NCBI GenBank assembly: GCA_002428735.1
Contig: DIXO01000044.1
Span: 2,114-66,113, forward strand
Source: Syntrophaceae bacterium UBA6078
GTDB lineage: Bacteria; Desulfobacterota; Syntrophia; Syntrophales; UBA2210
Reading direction: 5' to 3'
DNA length: 64,000 bases
Shown here: positions 1 through 9,089 of the stretch, in pieces
Layout: each line of letters begins with the position of its first letter
How positions within the stretch are numbered: position 1 is the stretch's first letter
The notes under the pieces: generated by a model
What the model was told of the DNA's origin: nothing
Databases searched by the model: none
Seen by the model: the letters and a program-made list of their open reading frames with translations, nothing else
Translations under genes and position numbers: made by a program

Positions 1-879
1 CATCGGGGAGATCTCAAGGCCCTGTACATCATGGGCGAGAACCCGATGATCTCGGATCCCGACCTTTCCCATGTCGAGGCGGCGCTGAAGAAACTCGATC
101 TCCTCGTCGTACAGGACATATTCTTGAATGAAACGGGAAGACTCGCCCATGTGGTGCTCCCCTCCGCCTGTTTCGCCGAGAAAGACGGAACCTTCTCCAA
201 CACGGAGCGGAGGGTCCAGCGCATCCGAAAGGCCGTTGACGCACCCGGCGAGGCACAGGCTGACTGGCAGATCATCTCCGAACTGTCAACACGGATGGGA
301 TACGCGATGAGCTACGCTTCCGCCGAGGAGATCATGGACGAGATCAACACCGTGACCCCCAGCTACGCGGGGATTACGTACGAGCGGATCGAGAAGGAGG
401 GGCTCCAGTGGCCCTGCCCCAATGTTGATCATCCCGGGACACGATACCTGCACAAGGACAAGTTCTCCCGGGGTCTGGGACTCTTTTCGGCAATCGAGTA
501 TCGTCCGTCTGATGAAGTCCCGGACAAGGAGTACCCGTTCTTCCTCACCACCGGGCGCGTTCTCTACCACTTTCACACGGCAACCATGACCCGCAGGAGC
601 GAGGGGCTTGTTGAACGGTACCCGGAGAGTCTGGCGGAAATCAATCCCCGGGACGCCGAGAAGCTGGGGATCAAGGATGGAGACTTTGTCGTGGTCACAT
701 CGAGACGCGGCAGTCTGAAGGTGAAGGCCAGCGTGATCGAGACCCCGCCAGAAGGAACGATCTTCATGAATTTCCATTTCAGTGAAGCCGCGGTGAATCT
801 TCTGACGAATCCCGCGCTCGACCCGGTCGGGAAGATCCCCGAATACAAGGTCTGCGCAGTGAAGGTTGAAGCCGCATAG
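1..879 (+). CDS. fdhA: Formate dehydrogenase catalytic (alpha) subunit, C-terminal part; the 5' end lies upstream of the window
   Basis: Frame 1 is open from base 1 (HRGDLKALYIMGENP...), so the listed Met at 31 is internal. The translation shows the molybdopterin-dinucleotide-binding C-terminal domain pattern of FdhF/FdhA enzymes (FFLTTGRVLYHFHTATMTRRS, GDFVVVTSRRGSLKVKA, KIPEYKVCAVKVE). A formate channel gene follows. Confidence 0.8.
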   Translation, partial: HRGDLKALYIMGENPMISDPDLSHVEAALKKLDLLVVQDIFLNETGRLAHVVLPSACFAEKDGTFSNTERRVQRIRKAVDAPGEAQADWQIISELSTRMGYAMSYASAEEIMDEINTVTPSYAGITYERIEKEGLQWPCPNVDHPGTRYLHKDKFSRGLGLFSAIEYRPSDEVPDKEYPFFLTTGRVLYHFHTATMTRRSEGLVERYPESLAEINPRDAEKLGIKDGDFVVVTSRRGSLKVKASVIETPPEGTIFMNFHFSEAAVNLLTNPALDPVGKIPEYKVCAVKVEAA

Positions 880-913
880 CGTTTATACGAAGCACGTGAA
901 AGGAGACGGAGCC

Positions 914-1156
914 ATGCCTCGATGGAAGTACAAGACAAGTATTGTTGATCTGGACAGCATTGTCCCCCCCGAAGCCATCTCATGCAATGATACGGGGACC
1001 TGTATCGTTGACGGCATACCCGGCGGGAAGGACCCTTTTAAGGGAATCCTCGACAAAGAAGGGGAAAGCGAATGGGAACTGGTCCAGTGCCAGACCCATG
1101 GTGGAAAGCTCCTCTGTATCTGGAAAAAAGAGGTCAAGGAAGCCTTCGCCAGCTAG
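914..1156 (+). CDS. Small hypothetical protein (about 80 aa) with a DUF4177-like pattern
   Basis: ATG at 914 lies 8 nt after GAAAGGAG (898..905); the listed TTG at 866 overlaps fdhA. The pattern MPRWKYKTSIVDL...EWELVQCQTHGGKLLCIWKKE resembles the DUF4177 layout (xxYKvv...GWELv...vfKr). Assigned from memory only. Confidence 0.45.
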   Translation: MPRWKYKTSIVDLDSIVPPEAISCNDTGTCIVDGIPGGKDPFKGILDKEGESEWELVQCQTHGGKLLCIWKKEVKEAFAS

Positions 1157-1327
1157 GGTGAATCCGTATCGTTCTCCCCCGTGTGCACGATGCCATTCCA
1201 AAGATCTGACAAGGGGTGGCGTTGATCTGCGCACAACTCGCACAGGCTGTTGAAAAGATGAAAAAATGTCCGCAGAAAGCGGACAGGGCGCATACAAAAT
1301 TTATACATATGGAGGAGGTATTTATTC

Positions 1328-2200
1328 ATGGCTTTCAACCCCCCGGCCAAAATGGTCGCTCTCGTCGGTACAGCGGGAGTCGGCAAGGCAAAGCTTTCAA
1401 TCTTTAACCTGCTCCTCAGGGGATTCATGGCTGGTGCGTACATCGCCATCGGTGCGGCGCTGTGTACCGTATGCGTCACGGGCATAGCGACACCGGGAAT
1501 CTCCAAGCTCGTCGGTGGCGCCGTCTTCCCCGTCGGCCTCATCGCCATCGTTCTCACCGGTATGGAACTCTTCACCGGTGACTGCATGATCGTCCCCATG
1601 GCCGCGATGATGAAGAAGGTCACCTGGGGAGCCGTGATGAGGAACTGGGTGTGGGTGTACATCGGCAACTTGGTCGGCTCGCTGGCCTACGCATACATCA
1701 TGACCGTGGGCCCCTTCGTGAGTGGACAGGCGGATGGTACCATGGCAGTCAACGCCTTCGGCATGAGCGCAGTAAGCATAGCGGTGGGAAAGATTCTGGG
1801 ATACAAGGCTGTCGGCGCCGCAGGGCTCTGGTCCTGCTTCATGAAGGCCATCGGTTGTAACTTCCTGGTCAATATTGCCATCCTCCTCGCCATTACGGCG
1901 GACGACGTGATCGGAAAGTTTTTCGGCATCTGGTTTCCGATCATGGCCTTCGTCTCCACCGGTTTCGAGCACTGCGTGGCCAATATGTATTTTCTGCCGG
2001 CCGGGAAGTTCCTCTGCGACTGGTATCCGGCGGTCATTGCGAAACAGGGCGGGCTTCTCCTCGCCAACGGAGGGCTTTCCTGGTCCGACGTATGGCTCTG
2101 GAACCTCATTCCCGCCACGATCGGAAACATCTTCGGCGGGTTCCTCTTCATCGGGGTTACGTATTTCCTGATGTTCAGGAAAGACCTGCCCGCCGAGTAG
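1328..2200 (+). CDS. focA: Formate/nitrite transporter family channel (FocA-like)
   Basis: GGAGGAGG SD precedes the ATG. FNT-family signatures are present: LTGMELFTGDCMI, YIGNLVGS, FEHCVANMYF. Six or more hydrophobic spans. Sits next to fdhA. Confidence 0.9.
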   Translation: MAFNPPAKMVALVGTAGVGKAKLSIFNLLLRGFMAGAYIAIGAALCTVCVTGIATPGISKLVGGAVFPVGLIAIVLTGMELFTGDCMIVPMAAMMKKVTWGAVMRNWVWVYIGNLVGSLAYAYIMTVGPFVSGQADGTMAVNAFGMSAVSIAVGKILGYKAVGAAGLWSCFMKAIGCNFLVNIAILLAITADDVIGKFFGIWFPIMAFVSTGFEHCVANMYFLPAGKFLCDWYPAVIAKQGGLLLANGGLSWSDVWLWNLIPATIGNIFGGFLFIGVTYFLMFRKDLPAE

Positions 2201-2209
2201 AGGGGACGG

Positions 2210-2677
2210 ATGTCAGCACTGGCCTGGGTGGTCTTTATTATCTGCACGGCGGCGGTCGCCCTCCGGTATGTCTCGACGGGTGATTCGCGTTTTCTGCTGT
2301 ACACCGTTCCAGGCCTGATACTGCTCTTAGTCATCCCCATGGTGCTGGCGTGGATGAGCCGCCGGAGCTTCGCACAGGCACAGGAGCAGTTCGAACCGCA
2401 GGCGCGGACGTGCATGATTGGAAAGATAAACCAGGCACTGGTCGGCGAGGTGGTACGGATATCAGGCGAGGTCATGAAGATCAGCTTCATGTGGCTCAAC
2501 AGACCTCACTTTCACATCAAAGACGCCACAGGGCAGATGCGGGTCATCATGTTTACCGCCCCTTCAAACAGGGTGACTGCGGGCGACAGGGTGGAGGCGG
2601 TCGGGATCGTGATGAAATACCCGCTGACAAAGGCCCGGTTCGTTATATCGGCCGTCAGTGTCAAAAGAACAGAATAG
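2210..2677 (+). CDS. Membrane-anchored OB-fold protein, function unknown
   Basis: Two N-terminal hydrophobic helices are followed by an OB-fold (tRNA_anti-like) pattern: GEVVRISGEVMKI...FHIKDATGQMRVIMF...VTAGDRVEAVGIV. Starts 10 nt after the focA stop. Confidence 0.55.
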   Translation: MSALAWVVFIICTAAVALRYVSTGDSRFLLYTVPGLILLLVIPMVLAWMSRRSFAQAQEQFEPQARTCMIGKINQALVGEVVRISGEVMKISFMWLNRPHFHIKDATGQMRVIMFTAPSNRVTAGDRVEAVGIVMKYPLTKARFVISAVSVKRTE

Positions 2678-2691
2678 TAAGGAGGAATATC

Positions 2692-2835
2692 ATGGACGGA
2701 AGAGAAGGGAGATGTGCATTCGGATTTCTTTTGCTTGGACTGACACCCATTCTGGCCACAGCGGGAGGGGCGGGTCTGGGAATCATTATCTTCGCTGCGG
2801 GATTGCTGATCGCCACCTCCGCGGCATTTGCCTGA
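2692..2835 (+). CDS. Tiny (47 aa) hydrophobic protein
   Basis: TAAGGAGG SD lies 6 nt before the ATG at 2692. The translation MDGREGRCAFGFLLLGLTPILATAGGAGLGIIIFAAGLLIATSAAFA gives two predicted TM segments. It is hidden inside the listed 161-aa ORF 2350..2835. Confidence 0.35.
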   Translation: MDGREGRCAFGFLLLGLTPILATAGGAGLGIIIFAAGLLIATSAAFA

Positions 2836-2879
2836 GGAAACGTTGATTGGGAGGGGGGGGTGGCCGGCGTCATCCCGCG

Positions 2880-3140
2880 CTACTTACCCTGTACCACTTG
2901 AAAGATTTTAAGGGCGTCTTCTATCTCCTTTTTCCCTACCTTCCCCTTCCATGCCTTCGTGTTGTCGAGAAGGTATTCCGACACCCTGTCCGCCATGCAT
3001 GCAGGGCAGAGATGCACCATCTTCATGCTCTCTATATGCCGGACGACGCATAACAGATCGGCTTGTTCTCCGCAAAGAAAACACCTGTCAGGCCTGTCGT
3101 CCTCGTGGCGTTCGTAGTATCCTTCATCGTAACACTTCAT
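2880..3140 (-). CDS. Hypothetical zinc-ribbon-like protein
   Basis: 86 aa with two CxxC pairs (CFLCGE...CPACM). Last gene of the minus-strand CheY / hybrid kinase run. Confidence 0.5.
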   Translation of the reverse strand: MKCYDEGYYERHEDDRPDRCFLCGEQADLLCVVRHIESMKMVHLCPACMADRVSEYLLDNTKAWKGKVGKKEIEDALKIFQVVQGK

Positions 3141-3207
3141 TATCTGCCCCAGCCTATTGTTCGGACCGCTTAAGAAACTGTCAATCTCTGAACCACTGAA
3201 GTTCTTG

Positions 3208-4311
3208 TTAGCGCGGAAATCGCAAGTTAAAGGTTGTTCCCCTTCCCTCCTCTGACGAAACTTCTATCTTCCCTGCGTGGGCGTCCATGATTCTCTTGCA
3301 GAACGTCAATCCCAATCCGGAACCTTCGATGTGTTCACCCCGTTCCTTGACCCGGTAAAAGGGCTCGAATATGAAGGGAATCTTGTCTTTGGGGATCCCT
3401 CTCCCTGTATCGGAGATGGCCACGTGGACATGGTAATCATCATGCCGGGCTCGAATGGATATGGTTCCTCCGGCGGGGGTGTACTTGGTCGCGTTCCCGA
3501 TAATATTCACAAAAACCCTGACAAGGCTTTCCCTGTCCCCGGTTATCGCGGGCAGATCTTCCGGGATATCGCTCTTCAGAACGATCCCTCTCTTTTCACA
3601 GAGCGGGGCCATATCCTCCATGCTGTGAAGAAGAATATCGGCGATATTGAGGATCCCTTTGTCCCGTATGAGCGTCCCTTCCTCTATCTGGCGTATATTG
3701 AGCCAGTGTTCAACCAGATCCTCCAGATTCCGAATCCGCTTCTCACATCGTTCTATGATCTGGTTCGCCTCATCGCTCAGGCAGTCCCCTGCCACTACCC
3801 TGAGTGACTCTAAACTCTGCTGGACGGTCATCAAGGGGGAGCGCATCTCATGGCTGACAAAGGTAATGAAATCCCTTGCCATCTCCTCCTGTGCAGCCCG
3901 CAGGCGTTCCGCCTCTATGATGAGCGCGTGGTGGTCAAGCCCCCTTTTCGTCACAGCCCTGAGCTGATCGGGGGTAAAGGGTTTGGGGAGATAGTCATAG
4001 GCCCCCCGCTTCATCGATTCCACCGCGGATACGATGGAGGCATACCCCGTAATGACAACGAGAACGATATGAGGGATATCTGCCAGCAGGATGTCGATGA
4101 CCTCCAGGCCTGACATGCCGGGCAGGTTGAGATCCACGAAGACCAGGTTAGGTTTTTGTTCCCTGGCAATCCTGATCCCTTCCGACCCGTCCCCCGTGGT
4201 GATGACATCGTAGCCTGACTTCTCGAGGACCTGTCGGCACCCATCCCGGATTGTCTCCTCATCATCAATGATAAGGACAAGATCCTCTTGGCTTTCATAG
4301 GACATGGGCAT
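3208..4311 (-). CDS. Hybrid sensor histidine kinase with an N-terminal receiver domain
   Basis: REC domain (LVLIIDDEETIRDG...VFVDLNLPGMSG...KP). HisKA H-box FVSHEMRSPL. HATPase_c N/G boxes (NIIGNATKYTP, DTGRGIP, GSGLGL). Confidence 0.85.
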   Translation of the reverse strand: MPMSYESQEDLVLIIDDEETIRDGCRQVLEKSGYDVITTGDGSEGIRIAREQKPNLVFVDLNLPGMSGLEVIDILLADIPHIVLVVITGYASIVSAVESMKRGAYDYLPKPFTPDQLRAVTKRGLDHHALIIEAERLRAAQEEMARDFITFVSHEMRSPLMTVQQSLESLRVVAGDCLSDEANQIIERCEKRIRNLEDLVEHWLNIRQIEEGTLIRDKGILNIADILLHSMEDMAPLCEKRGIVLKSDIPEDLPAITGDRESLVRVFVNIIGNATKYTPAGGTISIRARHDDYHVHVAISDTGRGIPKDKIPFIFEPFYRVKERGEHIEGSGLGLTFCKRIMDAHAGKIEVSSEEGRGTTFNLRFPR

Positions 4312-4698
4312 TCACCCCAGGAGCGCTTTGACGTGTTTTATCAGATCATCGGCCTTCACCGGCTTGTGCAGTATGAGATCCACCCTAGGGAATTGCTCAG
4401 AAGGCTCAAAGGACTGGTACGGACCCTGAAGATCAACCCCGCTCAGGATGATCAGCGGCAGATCTTTTCCCCCTTCCATGGCACGAACCTCGGAGATCAC
4501 GCTAAACCCTTCTCCCCATGTCTCCATCATCATGTCCACAATTGCCAGATCGGGACTGGCAGAACGGATCGCGTCGACGCCAGCCTTGCCATTCTCCGCC
4601 GTAAGCACCTCATACCCGTTTTTCTCAAGGATCAGTTTGGTCGCCATCAAAAAATCCCTGTCATCATCTATGAGCAGTATCTTCCTCTTCTCGGCCAT
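4312..4698 (-). CDS. Single-domain response regulator (CheY-like receiver)
   Basis: 128 aa: KILLIDDDRDF...DLAIVDMMME...HKP. AAGGAGG SD. Its stop abuts the start of the hybrid kinase. Confidence 0.85.
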   Translation of the reverse strand: MAEKRKILLIDDDRDFLMATKLILEKNGYEVLTAENGKAGVDAIRSASPDLAIVDMMMETWGEGFSVISEVRAMEGGKDLPLIILSGVDLQGPYQSFEPSEQFPRVDLILHKPVKADDLIKHVKALLG

Positions 4699-4736
4699 GA
4701 CTCGACACCTCCTTTATTGTTAGTATCGTTGAACAA

Positions 4737-4752
4737 AGCAAATCCAATGCCA
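4737..4752 (-). promoter_or_regulatory. Sigma-54 (-24/-12) promoter candidate for the CheY / hybrid-kinase operon
   Basis: The minus strand reads TGGCATTGGATTTGCT, giving GG-N10-GC spacing identical to the TGGCAC-N5-TTGCW consensus. It lies about 40 nt upstream of the ATG at 4698 and immediately downstream of an NtrC-family activator gene. Confidence 0.6.
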
Positions 4753-4914
4753 TAAATGTAACCGTCTGTAATACATTGATAAAATTCTTTCACTCTCTTC
4801 ATGTCATTGATCACAGCGGGGCAGAATGCCCCATCCGGGGGAAGACAGCCCCATCCAGCCAATGAACAACCGTACCGCGGACGGAAACAAAAGGGCTGTC
4901 TGAAAGCAAGTCCT

Positions 4915-6255
4915 TTATTCGTCCGCGTCGATACCGTAGTTCCTGATCTTCGACCTCAGCGTCTTTCTGTCGATGCCGAGAAAGGCCGCCGTTTTCCCGA
5001 TCCGGTAATCAAAATGCTCCAACGCCCTCGTGATATGTTCCTTCTCCACAGCTACAAGGGTCATCCGGCCGGTATGGACATCGCCCACGGGAACCTGCGC
5101 ACCTGTCTCCTGGCCGTAGTAAAGGATATCGGAAAGATTTATCGTTTCATTGTCACAGAAAACGGAGAGCCGTTCCATCGTATTCTTCACTTCCCTCACA
5201 TTTCCCGGCCAGGTGTAGGCTATGAGCGACTGCTGTGCTTCCCTGGAGAATTGCCCCTCTCTCCCCTTATGCCTCTTTGTGTACAGGTCCAAGTAGTACC
5301 GCGCGATAGGGAGGATATCGGACGGGTGTTCCCTGAGGGGTTGAAGCTCTATGGGAACGACGGATATGCGGTAAAAGAGATCCTCCCTGAACTGGCCGGA
5401 GGTTACCAGCGCCCGCAGGTCCCTGTTTGTCGCCGCGATGAGTCTCACGTCGACACTGTCGGCCTTCGAACTGCCGACCCGCGGGACCTCTCCTTCCTGA
5501 ATAACCCGCAGCAGCTTGGCCTGGGTGGCGAGAGAAAGGTTGGATATCTCGTCCAGAAAGAGCGTCCCTCCGTCGGCCATCTGGAAACGTCCTTCACGGG
5601 ACTGTTCCGCGCCGCTGAAGGATCCCTTTACATGACCGAAGAGCTCGCTCTCCATCAAATTTTCCACAAGGGAGGAGCAGTCGACCGGGATGAAGGGCTG
5701 TTCGCTCCTGGCACTGAGCCTCTGTATCGCGCGGGCCACCAGTTCCTTCCCTGTTCCGCTTTCTCCCGTGATCAGGACCGTGCTGTCGGTATACGCCACC
5801 CTCCTGATGGTGTCCTTCAATTTCAGCATGTAGTTGCTGTCACCAATGAGTTCACTGATATCTCCTTCAAGCAGTGCATTTCCCGGAGTCTTGAGGGCAC
5901 AGGTCGCCGCCTTTCTCAGCTCGGCGGCGCTGAACGGCTTCGCCAGGAAATCGAAGGCCCCGTGCCGCATGGCCTCCACAGCCATCTCAATGGTTCCGTA
6001 TCCGGTAATAATGACAACATGAGCCGATATGCCGGACTCCATCTTGAGTTGTTTCAGAATATCCAGACCGCTGATCCGGGGCATCTTCACATCGAGAAGG
6101 ATCAGATCGTAGGGATTTTTGAGCGCCATCCCAAGGCCGCGGCGGGCATCTCCCGTATCGTCCACCGAACACCCCATTCGCGAGAGCACCTGCCGGCATG
6201 CGTCACGTATGGAATCCTCATCGTCAATAATCAGCGCCCGCCTTTTTTCAGCCAA
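4915..6255 (-). CDS. Sigma-54-dependent response regulator (NtrC family: REC + AAA+ + Fis-type HTH)
   Basis: ALIIDDEDSIRD...LLDVKMP (REC). GESGTGKELVARAI and GSFSGA (AAA+/GAFTGA-like). A C-terminal HTH is present. I chose the TTG at 6255, which has GGAGGA 7 nt upstream. The listed start at 6369 would overlap the kinase gene by 120 nt. Confidence 0.85.
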   Translation of the reverse strand: MAEKRRALIIDDEDSIRDACRQVLSRMGCSVDDTGDARRGLGMALKNPYDLILLDVKMPRISGLDILKQLKMESGISAHVVIITGYGTIEMAVEAMRHGAFDFLAKPFSAAELRKAATCALKTPGNALLEGDISELIGDSNYMLKLKDTIRRVAYTDSTVLITGESGTGKELVARAIQRLSARSEQPFIPVDCSSLVENLMESELFGHVKGSFSGAEQSREGRFQMADGGTLFLDEISNLSLATQAKLLRVIQEGEVPRVGSSKADSVDVRLIAATNRDLRALVTSGQFREDLFYRISVVPIELQPLREHPSDILPIARYYLDLYTKRHKGREGQFSREAQQSLIAYTWPGNVREVKNTMERLSVFCDNETINLSDILYYGQETGAQVPVGDVHTGRMTLVAVEKEHITRALEHFDYRIGKTAAFLGIDRKTLRSKIRNYGIDADE

Positions 6256-8350
6256 CGGTATCCTCCCGTATCTGGGTCCGTGGAAAAGTCCCGTCCCCCT
6301 TCGCGGGGAGAAAAACAAAGAAGGTCGTCCCCTGCCCCGGTTCGCTCTCCACATCGATGAACCCGTCATGCTTCCGGACTATCCCATAGGCAATGGACAG
6401 TCCGAGGCCGGTTCCCTTCCCCGGATCCTTTGTGGTAAAGAAAGGTTCGAAGATATGGGACAGGTAGGCCTTGTCGATTCCCTTCCCTGTATCCGATATG
6501 GTGATCTTGACGGTGTGGGGACTGGCCAGGAGGCAGATCCGCTCCATCTCCGTTTCTTCTTGCCTGTCGGACGGGAACCTGCTGATCAGCTTCGTTGCCA
6601 CCGTCAGTCTTCCTCCCTCGGACATGGAATCGGAGGCATTGATAAAGAGATTCAGAAAAACCTGTTCCAGTCGCGACCGATCGCCGTTCACCCGGGGAAG
6701 ACCTTCCGCCAGGACCGTTTCTATCTCTATCCCATGAAACATGGATTGATCCCTTACCAGGCTGAGCGATGTCATGAGTACTTCGTTGATATCGAGGGGC
6801 ACCATCTCCCCCGACGGGGTTCGGGCAAAATCAAGGAGATTCTGGACGATCTCCCTGCACCGGTTTGTCTGGTAGATGATCTTGTTCAGATTCTCCCGCG
6901 CCGGGCTTGATTCGGGAAGTTCTTCAAGAATGAGGTTGCTGTACAGGAGAATGCCGCCCAAGGGATTGTTCATCTCGTGGGCAACCCCGGCTGCTATCTG
7001 CCCCAGAGAGACCAGTCGTTCAGTCTGTGTAATCTGCTGGTTTGCCTTTCTCAACCGTTCATCTCGATCCCTGAGAGAAATGACCATATCGTTGAAGGCC
7101 TCGTCCAGCATGCCGAAATCGGAGGACTTGCTGCAGGGAAGACGATAACCGAGATCGCCGGTGGCGATGGTCTCCGTGGCCTGCTTCAGTATCCGTATCC
7201 TTTCTATGATGGTCTGTCCCATGCGGAAGGAGATGATAAAGGCGACAACCATGCCGAGGGTTGTGATGCCGAGGAATATCCACAGGGCGTTCACTCGCAT
7301 ATCCCGGTATTTCTTTTCCAGTATCCCTACGTAGAGCATCCCTATGATGGCGTTGTCGCTGTTACATATGGGAACGTACGAACTCAGATACCAGTCGTTG
7401 ACGACAAAGGCCCTCCCGACCCAGTCTTTTCCCTGTGAGACAACCTGCTCGTATACCTCCTTTGACACGACCGTCCCGATCGCCCTCTCGGCAGTCTCCG
7501 TCAGTACGTTTGTGGATATGCGAACCCCTCCCTGGAATATGGTGGCGAATCCCATGTCGAGGTTTCGATATTTTTCGTCGTGGTACAGTGTCTCTTTTAT
7601 CTTGTCCACCATAGCGTAGTCACTGTTCAGCAGGATCCCTCCGGCAAGGGCGCCTCTCAGCGCACCCTGCCCGTCAAAAACGGGGAAAGCCGCTCTGAGC
7701 ACCATCCCCTCGGACAGACGCTCCCGACTGGTTTCGATCGACTGCGGTGTCTTGATAACTGGAATCGCCAGCCGCTCAGAGAGGAGGGGGTTTTCCCGCT
7801 TGATCCGCTCCAGCGGGATCAGTTCCGTTGACGACTGGGGAGCCCCATCTTCGAGACACCTCCGAATAACAGCGTCCCACAGGACATTGTCCCCTCTCGC
7901 CGCCGGATTGGAAGCACAATAGAGGACAGTGCCTTCCGCATCCACAAGTGAAAGCATGTCCAGAGGTATAAAGGGGGTTTTTCCTTCGCTCCGGGTCTGC
8001 CCGCCGCTGCGGATCAGATTTTTCAGATCTTCCAGAGAGGACATATTTCCGGACGATATGGCCTCGATCAGCGGGGACTGGAAAGCGACGGAGCTTACAT
8101 GGAAGGCCAGGCGTTCGAGGCTGTATCCATAGACGAGCTTCGCCGTGTTTATGTCCTGCTGGACCTTCCTCTGAGCCTCGTTCATGGTGCTGTCGCTGAT
8201 GATCTTTATCCCCACAAGCGTGGCCACTAATCCGGTGAGGCAGGTGGCAACCAGAAACCCCAGCACGAGCCGTTTCTGCAGTTTTTCTCTGAAGATATCC
8301 CGCAACAATGCCCTCTTCTCCTTACGGGGCAGAAGAAACAAACCCCTCAC
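6248..8350 (-). CDS. Membrane sensor histidine kinase (periplasmic Cache-like domain, HAMP, HisKA, HATPase)
   Basis: Two TM segments flank a region of about 300 aa. This is followed by a HAMP-like linker, H-box AAGVAHEMNNPL, and HATPase boxes (NLFINASDSM, DTGKGI, GTGLGLS). The start codon overlaps the yggU-like stop (GTGA). Confidence 0.85.
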   Translation of the reverse strand: MRGLFLLPRKEKRALLRDIFREKLQKRLVLGFLVATCLTGLVATLVGIKIISDSTMNEAQRKVQQDINTAKLVYGYSLERLAFHVSSVAFQSPLIEAISSGNMSSLEDLKNLIRSGGQTRSEGKTPFIPLDMLSLVDAEGTVLYCASNPAARGDNVLWDAVIRRCLEDGAPQSSTELIPLERIKRENPLLSERLAIPVIKTPQSIETSRERLSEGMVLRAAFPVFDGQGALRGALAGGILLNSDYAMVDKIKETLYHDEKYRNLDMGFATIFQGGVRISTNVLTETAERAIGTVVSKEVYEQVVSQGKDWVGRAFVVNDWYLSSYVPICNSDNAIIGMLYVGILEKKYRDMRVNALWIFLGITTLGMVVAFIISFRMGQTIIERIRILKQATETIATGDLGYRLPCSKSSDFGMLDEAFNDMVISLRDRDERLRKANQQITQTERLVSLGQIAAGVAHEMNNPLGGILLYSNLILEELPESSPARENLNKIIYQTNRCREIVQNLLDFARTPSGEMVPLDINEVLMTSLSLVRDQSMFHGIEIETVLAEGLPRVNGDRSRLEQVFLNLFINASDSMSEGGRLTVATKLISRFPSDRQEETEMERICLLASPHTVKITISDTGKGIDKAYLSHIFEPFFTTKDPGKGTGLGLSIAYGIVRKHDGFIDVESEPGQGTTFFVFLPAKGDGTFPRTQIREDTVG

Positions 8351-8664
8351 TGCCGTAGTGCGTCTTCCACATCCTGCCTGTCTATCCCCGAAACGGTGAC
8401 CCGTTTATTCTTTGATCGGTGTCCGGCGGTAATCCGTATCTGAGATTTTTTTACCCCCAGGATATCCGACAGGAAGCGGACGCACTCTGCGTTAGCCGCT
8501 CCTTCGACGGGGGGCGCGGTTATCCTGAGCTTCAAAGCGTCCCCCTGGATACCGGACAGTTCGCACCGGGAGGAACGTGGTATGACCCTGATATTGAACG
8601 CGATTCCGTCCGCCGTCTGATCGATGGAAATCATGATAGCGCTCATCCTTCCCGGGGAGGTCAC
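8347..8664 (-). CDS. DUF167 (YggU) family protein
   Basis: IRVIPRSSRCELSGIQGDALKLRITAPPVEGAANAECVRFLSDILGVKKSQIRITAGHRSKNKRV matches the YggU/DUF167 signature. Confidence 0.8.
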   Translation of the reverse strand: MTSPGRMSAIMISIDQTADGIAFNIRVIPRSSRCELSGIQGDALKLRITAPPVEGAANAECVRFLSDILGVKKSQIRITAGHRSKNKRVTVSGIDRQDVEDALRQ

Positions 8665-8666
8665 CG

Positions 8667-8966
8667 CTATCCGAAGTGCGCGGCGATCTGCAACATGCTT
8701 CTCACCACAAAGCTCTGGAGGAAAACGATAGCCAGGATCACGATAATGGGGGAAAAATCGATCCCCAGGCCCTTGATCGGTATCAGTCTTCTGACCTGGT
8801 AAAGTACCGGTTCCGTGGCCCTGTACAGGAACCGGACAACGGGGTTATAGGGATCGGGGTTCACCCAGGAGATGATGGCCCGTATGATGATGATCCACAT
8901 GTAAATGGTCAGACCTATATCGATAATCCGCGCGAGGGCTTCGATAAAATTGCCTATGATAAACAT
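8667..8966 (-). CDS. YggT family membrane protein
   Basis: 99 aa. IIIRAIISWVNPDPYNPVVRFLYRATEPVL...GIDFSPIIVIL is the typical YggT pattern. Confidence 0.85.
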   Translation of the reverse strand: MFIIGNFIEALARIIDIGLTIYMWIIIIRAIISWVNPDPYNPVVRFLYRATEPVLYQVRRLIPIKGLGIDFSPIIVILAIVFLQSFVVRSMLQIAAHFG

Positions 8967-9089
8967 CTCTTCCCCTTTATATTAAAATAAGTTATGAATA
9001 GTGACTGCCATCTTAAAAGTCAAGACATGTTTTCCGGAGAGGACGGGAGTTCGCTTCATGCCGCGCAGAAAAGGAGGGTGCTGGATACG

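Noticed and set aside
1267-1285. Hairpin TGTCCGC-AGAAA-GCGGACA as a terminator between the small ORF and focA
   Set aside because: On the plus strand it is preceded by an A-run and not followed by a T-run. It would therefore only terminate minus-strand transcription, and there is no minus-strand gene nearby. It is left as an unexplained stem-loop.
4801-6360. 519-aa plus-strand ORF
   Set aside because: It is entirely antisense to a textbook NtrC-family gene. The translation is Arg/Pro/Gly-rich with no recognisable motif and there is no SD. It is a typical shadow ORF of GC-rich coding DNA.
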